From contig CAVONF010000005.1 in the NCBI GenBank assembly GCA_963697275.1, forward strand, positions 241,964 through 305,963: DNA of 64,000 nucleotides, written 5' to 3'. Shown piece by piece: positions 63,202-64,000 of the stretch (the first letter of the stretch is position 1; every line of letters begins with the position of its first letter). The notes under the pieces are model-generated. The model worked only from the letters and a program-made list of their open reading frames with translations, was not told the origin of the DNA and ran no database searches. Made by a program: the position numbers and the translations under genes. This DNA comes from an uncultured Chloroflexia bacterium (lineage in GTDB: Bacteria; Chloroflexota; Limnocylindria; Limnocylindrales; CSP1-4).

Positions 63202-64000
63202 TCACGCTGCCACCTGGCCCCGGCCGGCCATGAGCATGCCCAGCTGCTCGGGGTCGGCCTGGGCGGCGTCCATGCGGCCGACGACGCGGCCCTCGTAGAG
63301 CACCACCACCCGGTCGGAGAGCGAGAGCAGCTCGTCGAGGTCCTCGGAGATGAGCAGGATGGCGGCGCCGTCGCGGCGGCGTGCCAGGATCTCCTCGCGT
63401 ACGTACTCACTGGCGCCGACGTCCAGCCCGCGCGTCGGCTGCGAGACGATGACCACGCGGGGATCGCGCGAGAGCACGCGCGCCAGCAGCACCTTCTGGA
63501 TGTTGCCGCCCGACAGCGTCGCCACGCGGTCGCCCGGCTGGGCCCTGATCTGGTAGCGCTCGATGAGCTCCCGGGCGTGCGCGTCGATGCGTCGCCGATC
63601 CAGCCGGCCCCCGACGGTGAAGTCATCGATGTGTTCGAGGACCAGGTTCAGGGAGACGGGCAGATCGAGTACCAGGCTGGCATGGCGGTCCTCGGGGATG
63701 CGGCCCACGCCGGCCGCCATGACCACCCCGGGCTCGGCCCCGGCCAGTTCCTGGTCGTCCACCTGGATCGAGCCAGCGGTCACCGGCCGCATGCCCGAGA
63801 GCACCTCGGCCAGCTCGGTCTGGCCGTTGCCGGAGACGCCGGCCACGCCGAGGATCTCGCCGGCATGGACCTCCAGCGAGACGTCGTGCAGCGCCGCCAG
63901 GCCGTGCGAGCCGCGGGCCGAGACGCCCTGGACCCTGAGGCGTGCCTCGCCGTCGCCCCAGATGGCCTCCTGCTGCCCCACCCCGAACGTCGGCCGGCCG
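63202..64000 (-). CDS. Nucleoside/sugar ABC transporter ATP-binding protein, 3' part (runs off the window)
   Basis: GVAGVSGNGQ, IPEDR, LSGGNIQK, QPTRGLDVGA, ISEDLDE. Confidence 0.92.
   Translation of the reverse strand, partial: GRPTFGVGQQEAIWGDGEARLRVQGVSARGSHGLAALHDVSLEVHAGEILGVAGVSGNGQTELAEVLSGMRPVTAGSIQVDDQELAGAEPGVVMAAGVGRIPEDRHASLVLDLPVSLNLVLEHIDDFTVGGRLDRRRIDAHARELIERYQIRAQPGDRVATLSGGNIQKVLLARVLSRDPRVVIVSQPTRGLDVGASEYVREEILARRRDGAAILLISEDLDELLSLSDRVVVLYEGRVVGRMDAAQADPEQLGMLMAGRGQVAA

Overview
High-GC bacterial chromosomal window of mostly housekeeping and transport genes. The gene content suggests Chloroflexota, but this is inference only. Many conserved genes carry single-base frameshifts spread across the window, which looks like uncorrected long-read indel error rather than true pseudogenisation. 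Contents in order: rsmG (partial), csoR with its operator, an hpt cluster, polar amino-acid and LIV ABC transporters, a NYN protein with a long repetitive tail, holB, acyP, a large GH13 protein, udgB, two ScyD/E-family paralogs, a sulfotransferase, an MFS, an ABC-2 exporter, Trk/Ktr K+ uptake, tRNA-Arg(CCG), fumC, a hisA-like/DUF885/ltaE operon, tRNA-Asp(GTC), a CapA protein, two more sulfotransferases, three Flp-like pilins, kamA, a cluster of small hypotheticals, DUF59, pduO, BI-1/YccA, lhgO, an Rrf2-sufC-sufS-sufU-moeZ-cysO-cysM-mec operon, a deaminase and a nucleoside ABC transporter. No CRISPR array, integrase or transposase was seen. The most notable unexplained structures are three: (1) a stand-alone ~170-nt multi-hairpin RNA candidate at 33317-33484 with its own promoter; (2) a 155-bp REP/BIME-like element present twice (5907-6061 and 32946-33100) with matching internal geometry; (3) an operon with an IscR-type box that joins a sufB/D-less Suf module to a CysO-thiocarboxylate cysteine pathway.
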